Shown: positions 50,331 through 63,826 of the stretch, in pieces
How positions within the stretch are numbered: position 1 is the stretch's first letter
Layout: the number at the start of each line of letters is the position of its first letter
Source of the DNA: Octopus sinensis
Taxonomy: Eukaryota
Direction: 5' to 3'
Assembly: GCF_006345805.1 (NCBI RefSeq)
Contig: NC_043006.1
Location: forward strand, 41,850,001-41,914,000
DNA: 64,000 nt
Position numbers and translations under genes: made by a program
The notes under the pieces: generated by a model
Databases searched by the model: none
What the model was told of the DNA's origin: nothing
Seen by the model: only the letters and a program-made list of their open reading frames with translations

Positions 50331-51726
50331 CCAATATTTAGTGGTGAGTTGCCTTTCTCGAGGTTTTCTCCTCGTGGTCTCGGGTTTGGTCTTCCTACGC
50401 AATGCGCATGACTGATTCGTTGTGCAAATAGTACCAATAGGAGCAGCATTAAATTACAATAGCCAACTATTTATCATACATAATGAAAATAGAACGTTGT
50501 AAGGCATATATACCATGGTATTCGTCCCGAGAAAGCATATTTTGTGAACCCGTTGCATTTAAAAACACCATATATATTTGGGGTGCAACGAAAATTCTCC
50601 CAGCAATGACCATCGAGAATGCCAGATGTATTTTCGGCACGTTGGATCTTGTCAATGGTGTTTACTAAAAGCCTATTGCATGCTTAAACAACTTTTGCCA
50701 CCTACGATATAGAGAAAAATGTGAAAAAGATTCACTGATATTGCGAATAGCCGACTAATTGAATACAAATCCGTTATTTGCAATAGAAACAGTATTAAGT
50801 TATTATACTTAATGTAAATACATTAGAAGGCAGATTTACTTCAGATATTTAATACTGATTCTATTGCATAAAACTGATTTTTATTCAGTTGGGCGGTTAT
50901 TTACAATATCAGTAGGTGTCTTTAAGGTTTTATTATACATCAGAGGTGGTAAGTCCATAAGGGATGTTATCTCCGGATGAATACGCAGTATGAAATATGC
51001 ATGACTGTGTATATAGGTGTATGTGCATGTGTGTAACGTTTTTCCAAACAGCTTCCGTTTAACTAATCACCTAAATCGGCTCAAAGACATTGCTCTACTC
51101 GATAAAACACAGAAGACTCGTCCAATATGCTATGTTCGTGGCTTGAACGTATTTGCACAATCAGAACATGTTATTTATTTTCTTTGTGTTACGCGGACCC
51201 AGGTGTTTCAAATTTCTTTCGGACCTTATTTATTAGTGTCGGTAGTTGACTGTTTCGTTTATTTTCTTCGCTGAAGATATTATATTTCTGTTTGTGATAT
51301 CTAATTTCTTTGTGTATTTATTTTGTTAATCTGCGAACAATCACTAATTTATTTGAAATTAGTGTTTGTTTTATCTTAGTTTCTTTTTCTTCGTTTATGC
51401 TGTAAATTTAATACGTTGCTTTTATACTACTAATGTGTATGAAGACTAGTATGGCTGTGTAATATGTGTATAACAGTCCTTGGCTTTTTTTTTTTGGTCT
51501 TGTTTGATACATTGTTCTCTCATAATTTCTGTTTTATTGGCAACGATTATTCTTTTTATTAAAGAAGGGGCTTAAATTTTGGATGCACTTCACTTGTGAT
51601 GCGTGTATCTCTATCAATGATACTAGTGTTGCTATGAAGTGAGATAGCTTTAACCGTTAATCAAAGTTGCGCTGAAGTTACAGAAAACCAGAAGCTTACT
51701 TTTATTTCTATTACTCTCTGTCTCTC

Positions 51727-51774
<48 letters not shown>

Positions 51775-52432
51775 TTTCCATCTTTCAGTATTGTAGTTAA
51801 AACTACAGAATAAAATTAAACTTCATCCTCAAATTGATATTAAGATTTATACTTTAATCTTAATTTGTTTTCTTTTATAAAATTAATGTCCGTGATTTTG
51901 ATAACATTTTCAATAAATTGACCAGGCAATATAAAATTTCATGTGAAAATCAATGATAAAATATTTTTAAATATTTCCAATTGAAGCAACCTGCAAGTGT
52001 CATGAAAGTTCAACAAACAACAGAGCCTTAATTAAATAAATATTCTGTTTACAGTTAGCAAATACAAGTTAACTCACAATTAGACCATAGACTTTATGAA
52101 TTTCCGGTGATTATTACTCTTGCGATATACAAAATTAGCAATATCGATGCATAACGTGTTTTATTTTTAACGAATAAGTGTGTTAGGCTAGAGATTATTT
52201 ATTCGTGCTAAACTATCTAAACTATCTTAATTACATATTTCACCTATTAAACAACAGAGTTCCGTTTCTTGGCGCTAAAATAATGTAAAAACGGTTATTT
52301 GACAAACGAAATAAAGTTCGAAATAAATTTTCCTTTAAAGCGTTGTTTCTCACTTTTCAAGCGTTATGTCTCTGGAGTATTGTTGATGGCAGAATATAAA
52401 ACTCTCCAGTTTTATACTGGCGCCTTAAAAAA

Positions 52433-52847
52433 GGCGGCGAGCTGGAAGAAACGTTAGCACGCCGGGCGAAATGCTTAGCGGTATTTCGTCTGCCGCTACC
52501 TTTCTGAGTTCAAATTCCGCCGGGGTCGACTTTGCCTTTCATCCTTTCGTGGTCGATAAATTAAGCACTAGTTATGCACTGGGGTCGATATAATCGACTT
52601 AATCCGTTCGTCTGTCCTTGTTTGTCCTTTCTGTGTTTTGCTCCTTGTGGGTAGAAAAGAATTAGGTATTTCGTCTGCCGCTACGTTCTGATCTCAAATT
52701 CCGCCGAGGTCGACTTTGCCTTTAATCCTTTTGGGGTCGATAAATTAAGTACCAGTTACGCACTGGGGTCGATGTAATTGACTTAACCCCTTTGTCCGTC
52801 CTTGTTTGTCCTCTCTGTGTTTAGCCCCTTGTGGGTAATTAAGAAAT
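52433..52847 (+). mobile_element. Family A SINE dimer with a 16-bp flanking direct repeat
   Basis: Low-divergence dimer. cagaatataaaactct occurs at 52390-52405 and 52848-52863. Confidence 0.9.
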
Positions 52848-53655
52848 CAGAATATAAAACTCTACAGATGATAAAGTGTTGAGGCTTTATATTCAGTCAT
52901 CACCATAAATACATCTTATTTGAAGAACAACTGAAGTTATGGTGTTTGTGGTGTCAACTTTTGCTCTTCGTTGTTGATACGTCTGGATTTTTGCAGTGGG
53001 AACAGTATGTGATTAGCAAGTGCGTATTAAAAAAGATATCTATTTATTTCCTTATTCGTCTTAAGTTCTTGGGTAAGGATCAATTTGTCAAGCAGGCATT
53101 TATTTCTTCTCTGAAGTATGCTTTAATTTTCTGCCTTTAATTAAAGCCTGAATAAACCTCTACTCAGTCATTTAACTTTCTACACACTTGCTACATATTT
53201 CTTTAAACAATGTATTTTAGAAAAGAAAAGGTAAATTGGACGATGCGGCTTAGGTATACAAAAAAAGACAACATCGTTACAGCCGGATTGCCTTTCTTCT
53301 TGCTTCCGTTTCTTCACGACTGATCAAGGAATAAACATCTTTTCTGAAGTTTGTTAAGTTCAGTTTACACTTTAGATTGAAGCATTTTTTCTGTTTTTCA
53401 AGAAGATTTGGTGCTAAAGATTTCTTAGTGCTAGATTCAGTATTGCGCTTTTGGTAAAGGTAGGTTAGAACGGAAGAAAGAAAGGCAAATCTTGTTGTAT
53501 GTAGTCTTTGTAGGAATGAACATAACTTTCAGAATTTAAACTCTTAATTTTTTAAAAAATATAATCATCATTTCAAATCTGTACATGCTGTATCTCTGAT
53601 ACGACGCAGCCTCAACTGGATGACAGTGTTGTAATTGAAGGAGTCGCTATATGCT

Positions 53656-53729
53656 CACGGGGATATGGCGTAGTGGTTAAGAGCGCGGGATACTAACCCC
53701 AAGATTCTGAGTTCGATTCCAAGCAGTGA

Positions 53730-53764
<35 letters not shown>

Positions 53765-53905
53765 TCGAAAATACCTTAGGAATGAGAACCCAGGTTCGAA
53801 ATTTCTCCAAGACACCGGGAGGGCATATCAGCCGAAACGTTGTATTAACAATAAAGAAAAGGAGGACAAATATCCGTCAAATGTAAATAATGTAAATAAT
53901 GTATA
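53656..53905 (+). mobile_element. Family E copy (tRNA head, (AAT)n, HHR tail with core deletion)
   Basis: Colinear with 41381-41647, but reads gacacc-gggagggcatatcagccgaaacgttg, lacking TGATGA and the 5' strand of stem II. Confidence 0.88.
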
Positions 53906-55358
53906 AATTGAGTGACTCTTTAAGTCTAACATCCGCTTCGTTCTCCAAATGTTTTAGTAGTGTATTTTTGCTTCATTTAGCGGATAAAAACTAATATGTT
54001 TGCTCAAAGGAGATATGATACATAATTTGGTTGGGTTTGTTTGGTGGGATTTGAACAGATCGTAACAGTTGGGTCGATCTCAGAACCGGAGAATCAAAAA
54101 TTATAATGGATACAGCAAATCTAATCCTCAATTCTTTTATGAATGCCGAAGTAACCCCTATTCTTATATGAATGTTTATTCATTAGCTTGAATAAATACT
54201 AAAATTATAATTCAGAGCTCTGACGTTATTATTTCCCGTATAATTACACTCTGTAGAGAAAACTGTCATAATAAAAATACAGGCAATTACTTTATGTATA
54301 AAATTACGATATGATATTGCTATTTCAATATCTAATCAATGAAACAGCCGTTTGGAAAATATCTTCAACTTTATCAATTATCTGCTTAATGATAGATACA
54401 AAATTAGCCAATATTCACTTATGTAGAAAATAGCATTATTTTTTTACACTGAAATTATTTCCGCATTATAATTCAACTAATAATAAAGTTGTCCTTTGAT
54501 TTATTATTATACATTCATTAAAATAGTTATTGCAATTTTTTTTCTTATTATCACTTTTTGAATATTTCTGAATTGCCTTTAAACATTCTTTTAAACAAAA
54601 TTTAAATCTACATTTATAACCCTGAATATAAGTAGTATTTTGAAGATTTCCGATAATTATTGATCAATACAGAAGCCTGCTATTCAATAGGAGTATTGTT
54701 AAAGAAAATAAGTAGCCTAATCGTGAATGAGGTGATATGATTTATAAATGTATGTTCTTCGCATCATTATATTGTTATACTTAGAAAATGAACTTCTAAA
54801 TTTTTAAATATTGTTTTGGTTAATTTAGATTTAGAGGGAGAGACATTGTTATCTATAACGAAAAGCTACATCAGAACAGTACAGTACAGTAACGTATAAT
54901 GCTGCAAGGCAAATGAAATCGATAACTTTAATAGGATTTTTAAGGAGTGAGAATGGTTATATTCGGTATTAACGGCCATAGCCGGAGGGAATCACACGTA
55001 TTTTTTTTTCAGGAACTATACTCGGAATATATAATGATTCAAAATAAAAATGTAATTAACTCGAGTATTCAAGAATTTACATTCTTACTAAAAATTATTC
55101 AAAAAGGGAACATTTTTGCGGTAAAAATATTTAGAGTGAGAGGTCCACGTAGATGAAATGAATAACATATGTATCATTAATTCTCCTGAATATCGTGTTA
55201 GAGGTGAAATGAAATTTAGTAAAAAGCTCGAAATGGTTTCGAATCGAAGTAAATGTAAACTTGCATATTTTACTATAGCATTTGAAGAAAAAGAAACATT
55301 AATACCACAACTCCTATATCTTCCATTAAAGCCATATATTTCGCTTAATTAAAATGTA

Positions 55359-55491
55359 CTATTGTGTCTGGGGAGAGTCACTTTCTTTTTGTGCCTTATA
55401 ATTTTTCACACTCACCGGTAAAATTTCCACATATTTCTTATATTATATTATAAGGCACAAAAAGAAAATGACTCTCCCCCAGACACAATAG
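55359..55491. repeat. Short fold-back / MITE-like element (~45-bp arms)
   Basis: ctattgtgtctggggagagtcactttctttttgtgccttataat versus attataaggcacaaaaagaaaatgactctcccccagacacaatag. Confidence 0.85.
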
Positions 55492-55872
55492 AATATGCTT
55501 CAACACGCGAACTGACATAAAGAATCTTGCAAATCAAATCCAAAAACGAAATAAAATCTACTATTATTTCAAATATACAATTACTTAAAATTTACTATTA
55601 TTTAAGATATAAATAGCAGAGAAATACTTAAGATACTAGAATGTCACTGAAAAATGGGTTCAAATTCAATAAAAGCTATTTTCACTGGACAAAATCTAAG
55701 CATTAAACTGTCTGCTTCCCCCACTGAAATATATGACCATGGCCTAAAATTTGGAAAATTCACTGGTACTTCATTTTATCGACATATTGGTGATGAAAGA
55801 TACGTGATCCCAATTAAACCATAAGGTTAAACAACAATATCAAAGAGTGTTAGTTTGTTATATCGGCCTCAA

Positions 55873-56354
55873 GGAACTCTTCAGTTTGGCTAACAGATTT
55901 TTTAATTATTTTCTTTTAACCAAACATTTTCAAACTTCGTATTCTGGTATAATTTCTCATGCTGAACACGGTTTACTTAAAACATTTTTGACAAAATTTC
56001 GTATTATAAAAGTTATTTCGTGTTAAAGTTGTCTTATTTGGGTAACGTGTATTCAGCTGAAGAAACCTAATGCTGATGGCGATAGTAATCAAAGTGCAAC
56101 AACTTTCGGGTCATCTCTACTAAATGTCACCACTCTGTTCTATTTTATTTTTGTTTACTCTCTGTAGCATATTAAACGTTTATTTTGCTGTTTTTTTTGG
56201 GGGGGGGGGGTTACTTAAAAAAAAATTAAATTTTGTCAAAACTGTTGAAAGTAAACCGTGTTCGGCGTGAGCAATTACACCAGCATCCGAAGTTTCAAAC
56301 TGTTTAGTTAAAAAAAAAAGAATGTTTTAATCTGTGAGCCAAACTGAAAAGTCC
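55873..56354. mobile_element. MITE-like element with ~130-bp imperfect inverted arms
   Basis: ttcagtttggctaacagatt...gctgaacacggtttactt...ttttgacaaaattt versus aaattttgtcaaaa...aagtaaaccgtgttcggc...aatctgtgagccaaactgaa. Confidence 0.75.
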
Positions 56355-56793
56355 AAACCCAGTACTCGTGTGGTACTTGTGTGGTGCAACTACGAAGAGG
56401 TAAAAGCAATGTTACGACGGTGGAAGTTGAATACACTACTCCGCATACTGTAATCTGATTTCGTGGTATATTTTCAGATTTCTTCTGAAAAACTTTAAAA
56501 CTATATACATTTGTTGTGTCGCACTACGGACTTATACCTAGTGATGGATGGGTAAATTTGATCTATTTCATTTATTAATTTGCTTATTTATTTTAATGCT
56601 CACTCTAGAAGTAAAGCGTCTCTTGTTTCCCTGCATTTCCACCCGCTCACCAAACTTCCTGTTTTCTTGCCTCTTTTACTTCGGTTTCTATGACTGAAGA
56701 TGAGTCAAATATTCAACCGATTAGACGTTGCACCTGACAGTGCTTTTAGGAGAGAATACTCAGACTTCTTGCAATCATCCCGTCCCTCTCCCT

Positions 56794-56828
<35 letters not shown>

Positions 56829-57811
56829 ATTCTCTGCCTTTCGAACTTCTGGTGGCACAGAAAATGTTCAAATAGTTTAAGGTACCACAAATGTTACAAC
56901 AAAAGTTCTGCCCTACATCATCAATCTTTTGATACAGCTATCTAAGAAGACCTGAATTCTGAAATAGCCTTATCATTTAAGCAGAGTCATAAGGCATTAT
57001 CAGTGCACTCCGACCATTCTTGATAGCATATTGCCCCTCGTTACCTCTGTCCTAATTAAATACAAATTCTGAGCTTCAAAGTTGCGAAACGAATTTATAC
57101 CATTTTTGACGCTCTTTATAAGCACCATTGTAATTCTCTGCCGAAAGTACTTGATCACTAAAGTACATACGGATTTTTGCCTCATTATTTCAGCTTTGTT
57201 TAAATCAGACTTTTATTAAAGTTCAAGCAGGCATTTACATAACCCCTACTGCGCACAAACGAGAAACTTATATTTCACCATGTGTACTGTTGCACTTATT
57301 CCGGACGAGAATAATTAAAAGTCCCTAGTGTATTTTAATCAGCACAAATAAATTTCCACTTTCTCCACCATTCTACTTACGGTAACGAGACTTTGTCTCG
57401 TGTGGTGTAAGACCCTACACAACGCCTTTTTAAATTGATCCCTTATCTCCAGAGTTTCTACTTGACTTTATACCAGAGAAAATCAAATCTCATCTGTAAT
57501 GTCATTACTTTCAAACTTTTCACTTGGCAAACTGTGTTTTATTGTGGTTGCTATTTTTTATTGTTTACTGTATAATTTAAAATGATCTTACTGTATTTGT
57601 TTTTACTGTTTTCTCTTAAAAATGTGATTTTTACATCTGTCAAAATAAAAATTCTACTTGGTACGTTCATCTATGCTAATTTTTCTTTGTTTATTTGTGT
57701 GCGTGGCAGAATGTCAACATTCTTTTACTTCTCTATATTGGCGGATATCATTATTATAGCAGAAGTTGATGTTTTTGCAAAAAATATCATTCATATATAT
57801 ATATATATATA

Positions 57812-57889
<78 letters not shown>

Positions 57890-58090
57890 GTACCTGCGAA
57901 GCAAACACGAAATATTTTTTTAAAAAGTCAATATTTTTGTTTTACTTCCGTATAAAATAAAATGAAAAAATGTTCCAAAGTTTCGTGCAAATAATTTAAG
58001 TGAAGAAAACTTTTAATTCACCTTGCACATATGAAATGTCCATTATTATCACTGTCCGAAAAAGTTGACTTGGCAAGAAATATAACAATG

Positions 58091-58139
<49 letters not shown>

Positions 58140-58141
<2 letters not shown>

Positions 58142-58345
58142 GTCTCGTATTTTGATACAAGGCCAATATTTTTGAGACGAGAAGCTTTGTCGATACCATC
58201 AACCTCAATACTTGACTGATCCGATTTTTATCAATATCGATAAAATAAGGATCAACGGTAAGGCCGAGTTCGGCAGAATTTGATCTTAGAAAGTTAAAAG
58301 ACAGAAAAAGTGACGTTAAACATATAACAGGCTTCCAAGAGCGAT
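58140..58345 (-). mobile_element. Family A SINE, diverged
   Basis: acaaggccaatattttt...ggtaaggccgagttcggcagaatttga. Confidence 0.6.
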
Positions 58346-58369
58346 CCGTTGAAACAGCAAAAACCACGG

Positions 58370-59560
58370 TCACCCTCACCACTTAAGCAACTGCCCTACT
58401 CTCTACCCATTCAGTGTTCCTCTCATCTAAAGCACGTGGTCGAAGTACGACCCTTCATTCTGGATAAGCTTGCTCCTCTCATCCATCTGGCAAGACATTT
58501 GCCTGAAGGCAGCACTTTCCCTCTACACTCGCAGTTTCCTTTTCAAGAAAAACTTGAAAACCTTGATGAGAATTCGAAAATATTAAGGTGGAAACTTTCT
58601 GTCTTCAGCCCTTTCTTCCTCGTCAAACATACGAACCCTTACGCTATGGCTATCAGTCTGATGAATATTATCTGTTCTTCCCAGCCAAAGGAAGGCTGTA
58701 GTGTGATCTTCAAAATGGACACATCTTATAGCATAATCCATCCTATACGTGATAGATGGTGTTCTACAAAACCTCACCACTCAGAAATTCTCGAGCACTG
58801 GATGGAAGCGTGAAAAACAGTTTCTTCATTCTGCGTGCATCTCGAATTGGTCTAACTGAGTGCACTTCCCTACCTATGGAATTTATCTCGAATCATCTGT
58901 GCCACCATTGCCGCATGGAGATTTCTGGAGATTTCTGGATATTATCCGTTGGGCATTAATAGGTCTAGAACAGATTAGCCATTTGATTTTTGCCAATTTC
59001 ACGGTTTTCCTAAAATGTTATCGCGTTTACCCAACACTAATCGCCTATAGAAGCCGATCATAGAATTTCTACCAATCGAATTTGTTGAATGGGAGAGAGT
59101 TGTGAACGCCTGACGATATTTCGGGCGCTAATCCTTCTCTCGGTCTTAACGTGACCTAGGAGTGCAGCTCTCTTTAAGAGACGAGCTGGGAAAACACATC
59201 TGACAAAAGGTGGCCATACTTGTTCTCCGTTAAGGAGTTACTAGAAGTGTTGTAGCCTCAGCACCTGTCTTAACCATGGCTTAACCATCCTTTACCATGG
59301 CTTACCCAGCCCTTCACTCAACGTGTTTCTCACAAATGGGCCTACTGACTACTGGAACGCGTGCGTTCCAATGATAGAGAAGGAAGAGTCCCTCCAGTAT
59401 GTTCAGATGTGAACAGAGTCCAAGGCGGCAATAGAGGTTGGATGCGATGTAAGCGTTCGGCACTTCAACTGGTCTTTCAGGGATAGTTTTCTCTTTGCTC
59501 ACTTCTGAGTAACATAGAGGCTTTCTGTCCTCAGTGGTCACGTAGGTTTGTACCACCTAG
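58370..59560 (-). mobile_element. Degenerate L1/Tx1-like ORF2 C-terminal region with zinc knuckle
   Basis: VEVPNAYIASNLYCRL..; DKFHR*GSALS..SRCTQNEETVFHASIQC..FVEHHLSRIG; KGLKT..KRKLRV..LARW. Related to the 4550-5200 copy. Confidence 0.7.
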
Positions 59561-61069
59561 GTGATCGATTAGGTCTAAAGTGGATTCTATACTTCTTGAT
59601 ACGTTTGGAGTCATACATTTATCTTCTGGCCCGACTAATTTTGAATCTGCGGAAAGTTAGTTCTGATCTCTGTATCGAAGACAGCCGTCGTCACAAACCA
59701 AGAGATGTTTACATTTTGAGGTACATCGTCTACCTTTATCTTTCTACTCTACGCTTAAGGATGGTTGGTATGAGTACTTGTTTTTCACTCTGTAATGTTG
59801 CTGTGGGATTCTTCCTACTCATATCCTCCGTCGGGAACCTTACGGTAAAATGCCGTAATCGATATAATTTCTGATGTCCCAAATCAGTCTTAGTCTAAGC
59901 AATTCTATGTGTGTTCCTATGTTGCTGGTTTTACTTTCAGTTTTTTTTACATCTATCGAATTATATATTACAGTTTCCAGATTGGTTTCTCGTCAGATGG
60001 AGTCTGAAATGTTTAGTTCAACGTTTCAGCCAGAACTCGTAAACAAGAATTTTGATAATTTAAAATTCTTGAAACGATAATCAAATTATTTCCTACAGTT
60101 GCGAAGCGTGTGCAAACCCGTTGTAACTTTAGATGTGTTAAATGCGGCGTCTTGATTTTTATCCGTGTTGCTGTTAATAGTGTTAGTGTTGGCGGAGGTG
60201 GAATGATCAAATCTGCTGAGTCGATAGTTATTTCTAATTTTCATGTTCTTTGTTATAGCTGTTGTTTTCATGTTTATTGGGATTTTTGTTGTTTTTGTTT
60301 TATTTTCAAGTTCATTTTTATTGTTGTGCTTTCGGCCGGCACTGATGGTAGAAATAGTGTTGCTTTCACATTTATTATTATTTTTATTATTTCTATAGTC
60401 TTCGCCTGTATTTTTGTTGATAATATTGTTATTGTTGTTCATACATTCACTGAAAGAAGATAGTTGTGGGAAACTGAAAATGTATTGGATATTGGAACAG
60501 CTGACTGTCCCCTTGGTTTGCGAAGACATATTGGTATTATTTTTTACTCTGGGCATTTCCCTAAAAGGGACAAAAATTTCATAAATACAGCTAACCTCAG
60601 AGGATGCTGGCTGGTTCACTAAAACCATGGAACAACAAAAACCATATTTTTTTTTCAAAACACCAAAACCCAATGATAACTTATGTGGCGCAAAACAACA
60701 TCATACTCCTTCAAACAAAACAAAAGCAACAACAACAACAACAACAACAGCAACAACAACAACACAACAACAACAACAGCAACAACAACAATAACAACAA
60801 TAATAATACAGGTTTCAAATTTTAGCACATGGCCAAGAGTTTTTGAGGACAGGAGCATCTGAATTACAGTGATCCCATTATTCGAAACGGTTACTCGATC
60901 CCTAAATGAAGACAGACAGTGTCTAACTCGGTGGAATTTGAACTCGGAGTATACAAGCAGAAGTGCTGCGAAACATTTTATTCGGTGTGCCGACTGTTCT
61001 GCCAGCCCGCCGCCTTACAGAACGACAACAACAACAAAAACAGCAAGAACAGCAATAATAATCTTTTCT

Positions 61070-61290
61070 ACTATAGGCACAAGGCCTGAAATTTGGGGGG
61101 TATGGGGCTAGTCGATTACATCGAATCCAGTGCTCGACTGGTACTTATTCTGTCAGCCCTGTATTCTATCGGCCCTGAAAGGATAAAAGGCAAGGTCATC
61201 CTCGGTGGAATTTGAACTCAGAATGTAAAGACGCACGAAATGCCGCCAAGCATTTGTCCGGCGCTCTAAAGATTCTACCAGCTCGCCGCC
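61070..61290 (-). mobile_element. Family A SINE
   Basis: aaaggcaaggtcatcctcggtggaatttgaactcagaatg...ccagctcgccgcc. Confidence 0.85.
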
Positions 61291-61303
61291 TTCCGCATTA
61301 TAC

Positions 61304-61304
61304 A

Positions 61305-61339
<35 letters not shown>

Positions 61340-61346
61340 AATAATG

Positions 61347-61411
<65 letters not shown>
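61304..61411. repeat. (AAT)n microsatellite
   Basis: Directly visible. Confidence 0.95.
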
Positions 61412-61413
<2 letters not shown>

Positions 61414-62895
61414 ACACGAAGCAGAAACTGTGACAGAGAGGAGTTATTACGGGATTTTATGGGATTTCCCATAAAAACTCGCCGTATTGTTGAAGCAAGA
61501 TCAATTATGATTTTAGAGGATAAAAGAAACGTTATGAGACAACAGACTTGCAATCACATGTGATAGGAGGATGGATACCAAAGAAATCGAAAACCTGAGA
61601 AATATTAGGGGAGCTGAAGAGATTGTGGATGACTAAGAGGACAGTCCTTCCTGTGCAAGAATCCTAAGTATGATGCTTCAGATTTGAGGAGACGTGTTCT
61701 AACCAAGCCTCAAGACATCATCTCTGCTAACTAAAATAACATATAACAGTTTAATAAGAAAATGTTTGAAAGCTGAGTGATAATATCTCCGGAATGTTTA
61801 ATTGCACAAATCTCCAATATACAACTGGTTAAAAAGTGTTAGAAGAAGGGCCCCCAGGAGTTATAACCTGGATGCGGGCCGGCCTCCTTACCGCCTAAGA
61901 AGATAAAGGCTGAAACACTTCACTGCGAGTGGTGGAGATGGGGAGCTCTTCTCTGGAGACCTTCTGTTGTTCAAGTCTCTTGAGATTTGCTTACAAACGT
62001 CGATTCCAATTTAGACACAAGGCTGTCAATTTTGAAGGTGAGTTGTAAATTCATATTATCCATTCTTATATCAGATTGATACTTTATTTCGAAGACACTG
62101 AGGAAATTTGATATCACCACATAATGTGTGGTACGTAGATACCGCATTGTATTGTGTACTGACGCTCTGACGATTCTGCGAATCCACCCCAATTGGATTT
62201 CAGAGGATTATACGCATCAACATAAAACAGAAAAATTCATAGGCTACTAACTGAACTCGAATTTCAGAACTATTGAATATTGTTCTACAGCTATACCAAA
62301 TGCACAACATAGCGCCTACCATTCGATTTTACTGAAAAAAATATTTACTTTAAATTGCTTCTATGGTTTTAACTATGAATTTATATTCACAAGATATTCG
62401 TTCATCCTCTTACGCTTGAAGTATTATTTTATTTTTCTTGTCGCACACATCAAACAGAGGTAGACGAACTCAGTATGATGAGCTTCAGTAAAATAGGCTG
62501 TGGAACTATGGGGTATGTAAGTATATATAAAATACTCTGTCTTGGGTATTTCCTGTGTGCAGAATGTTGTAAATATCAATATTATCAATAATTCAATAAC
62601 TCGTAATTGAATTAGCATAAGGAGTTTTACTATTTCAAAAACGTCTACGCATCTTTTACTTTTGAAATACATTTTTCATCGCATCGTTGCGTACACTGGC
62701 ATCCATTGTGTCTGGATTATGTCGAAACGAGAAAGTTCTCTTTGAAGAAATGGGGAATTTCAGGTCAATAAAACATTAAATCAAAAAGATGCATAAATGT
62801 TACAATAGATAGATAATAATAAACACCTACCACCCTTATACACGCATAATCCTATTTATATATATGTACATATTTTATATATATATATATATATG

Positions 62896-62926
<31 letters not shown>

Positions 62927-63489
62927 ATAGATGTATATATAGAATGAAATATAGATATGCTTGTAAAAATGCCTGTGTGATGGTGTGTATCAATTCAAAA
63001 AAAATATATGCTCATACATACATGTATATATACATGCACACGTACATATATGAATACATACATCTATGCATGCATATATGTATACATGCATTTATCATAT
63101 ATACACACATACACACATATATTCACAAGTTTTTCCCTCACTAAAATGTATTCACATATGTATATAGATAGATGGATAGATAGAAAGATACATGCATACA
63201 TATCTATATCTATACATCTCTCTCTCTCTCTCATTCTCTCTCTCTCCCTGTATATATATATATATATTTATGTGTGTGTGTGTGTGTGTGTTTGTGTGTG
63301 CGTGTGTATGGAAGAACGTGATAGGATTCGATTTTTTTTTTTTCATTTTAACTGAAAAAGAGTATAATGATACGAAGAGGAGTCCAACGTAGGTCGTGTA
63401 TTAGCATGTATATATATAACAAATTAACAGAATGAGATAAAAAAAAATCCAAGGCTGTGTATAGTTTTCAGAACATTTATAAAGAGAAG

Positions 63490-63537
63490 GTCTTACAGCT
63501 GTTTCCGGGATATTTTATATATCCCCTCATCAGAGAC
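63490..63537 (-). ncRNA. Minimal type-I hammerhead
   Basis: GTCT-CTGATGA-gGGGATAT ataaa ATATCCCg-GAA-ACAGCTGT-A-AGAC: palindromic stem III, GUA site. Confidence 0.7.
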
Positions 63538-63779
63538 AGTGCTAGAAAATGTTTTTAAGTAATAGTTATTATAAAGAAGATATGAAATACAGAGTGAAGT
63601 GGAGGAATGAAAACAGACGTGAGGTAATTAAGGACATTGTATTTGCACCATTCTGCTTAAATAATGGAACTGCAAATAAATTGTCCTTACATATCTCACT
63701 TCTGTTTTTCATTCCTTCACTTCACTCTGTATTTCACATCTTCTCTATAATAACTATTATTTAAACATTTTCTCGCACC

Positions 63780-63826
63780 GTCTCTGATGAAGGGTTAATA
63801 AAATATCCCGGAAACAGCTGTAAGGC
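63780..63826 (+). ncRNA. Minimal type-I hammerhead, mirror copy
   Basis: GTCT-CTGATGA-aGGG ttaataaaatat CCCg-GAA-ACAGCTGT-A-AGGC. Confidence 0.65.

Noticed and set aside
53385-53470. Plus-strand acceptor/donor pair (tttttcaag...AAG|gtaggt)
   Set aside because: There are stop codons in all three frames.
61412-62250. Possible N-terminal R4-like ORF or host exon after the (AAT)n run
   Set aside because: No diagnostic motif could be recovered in any frame.
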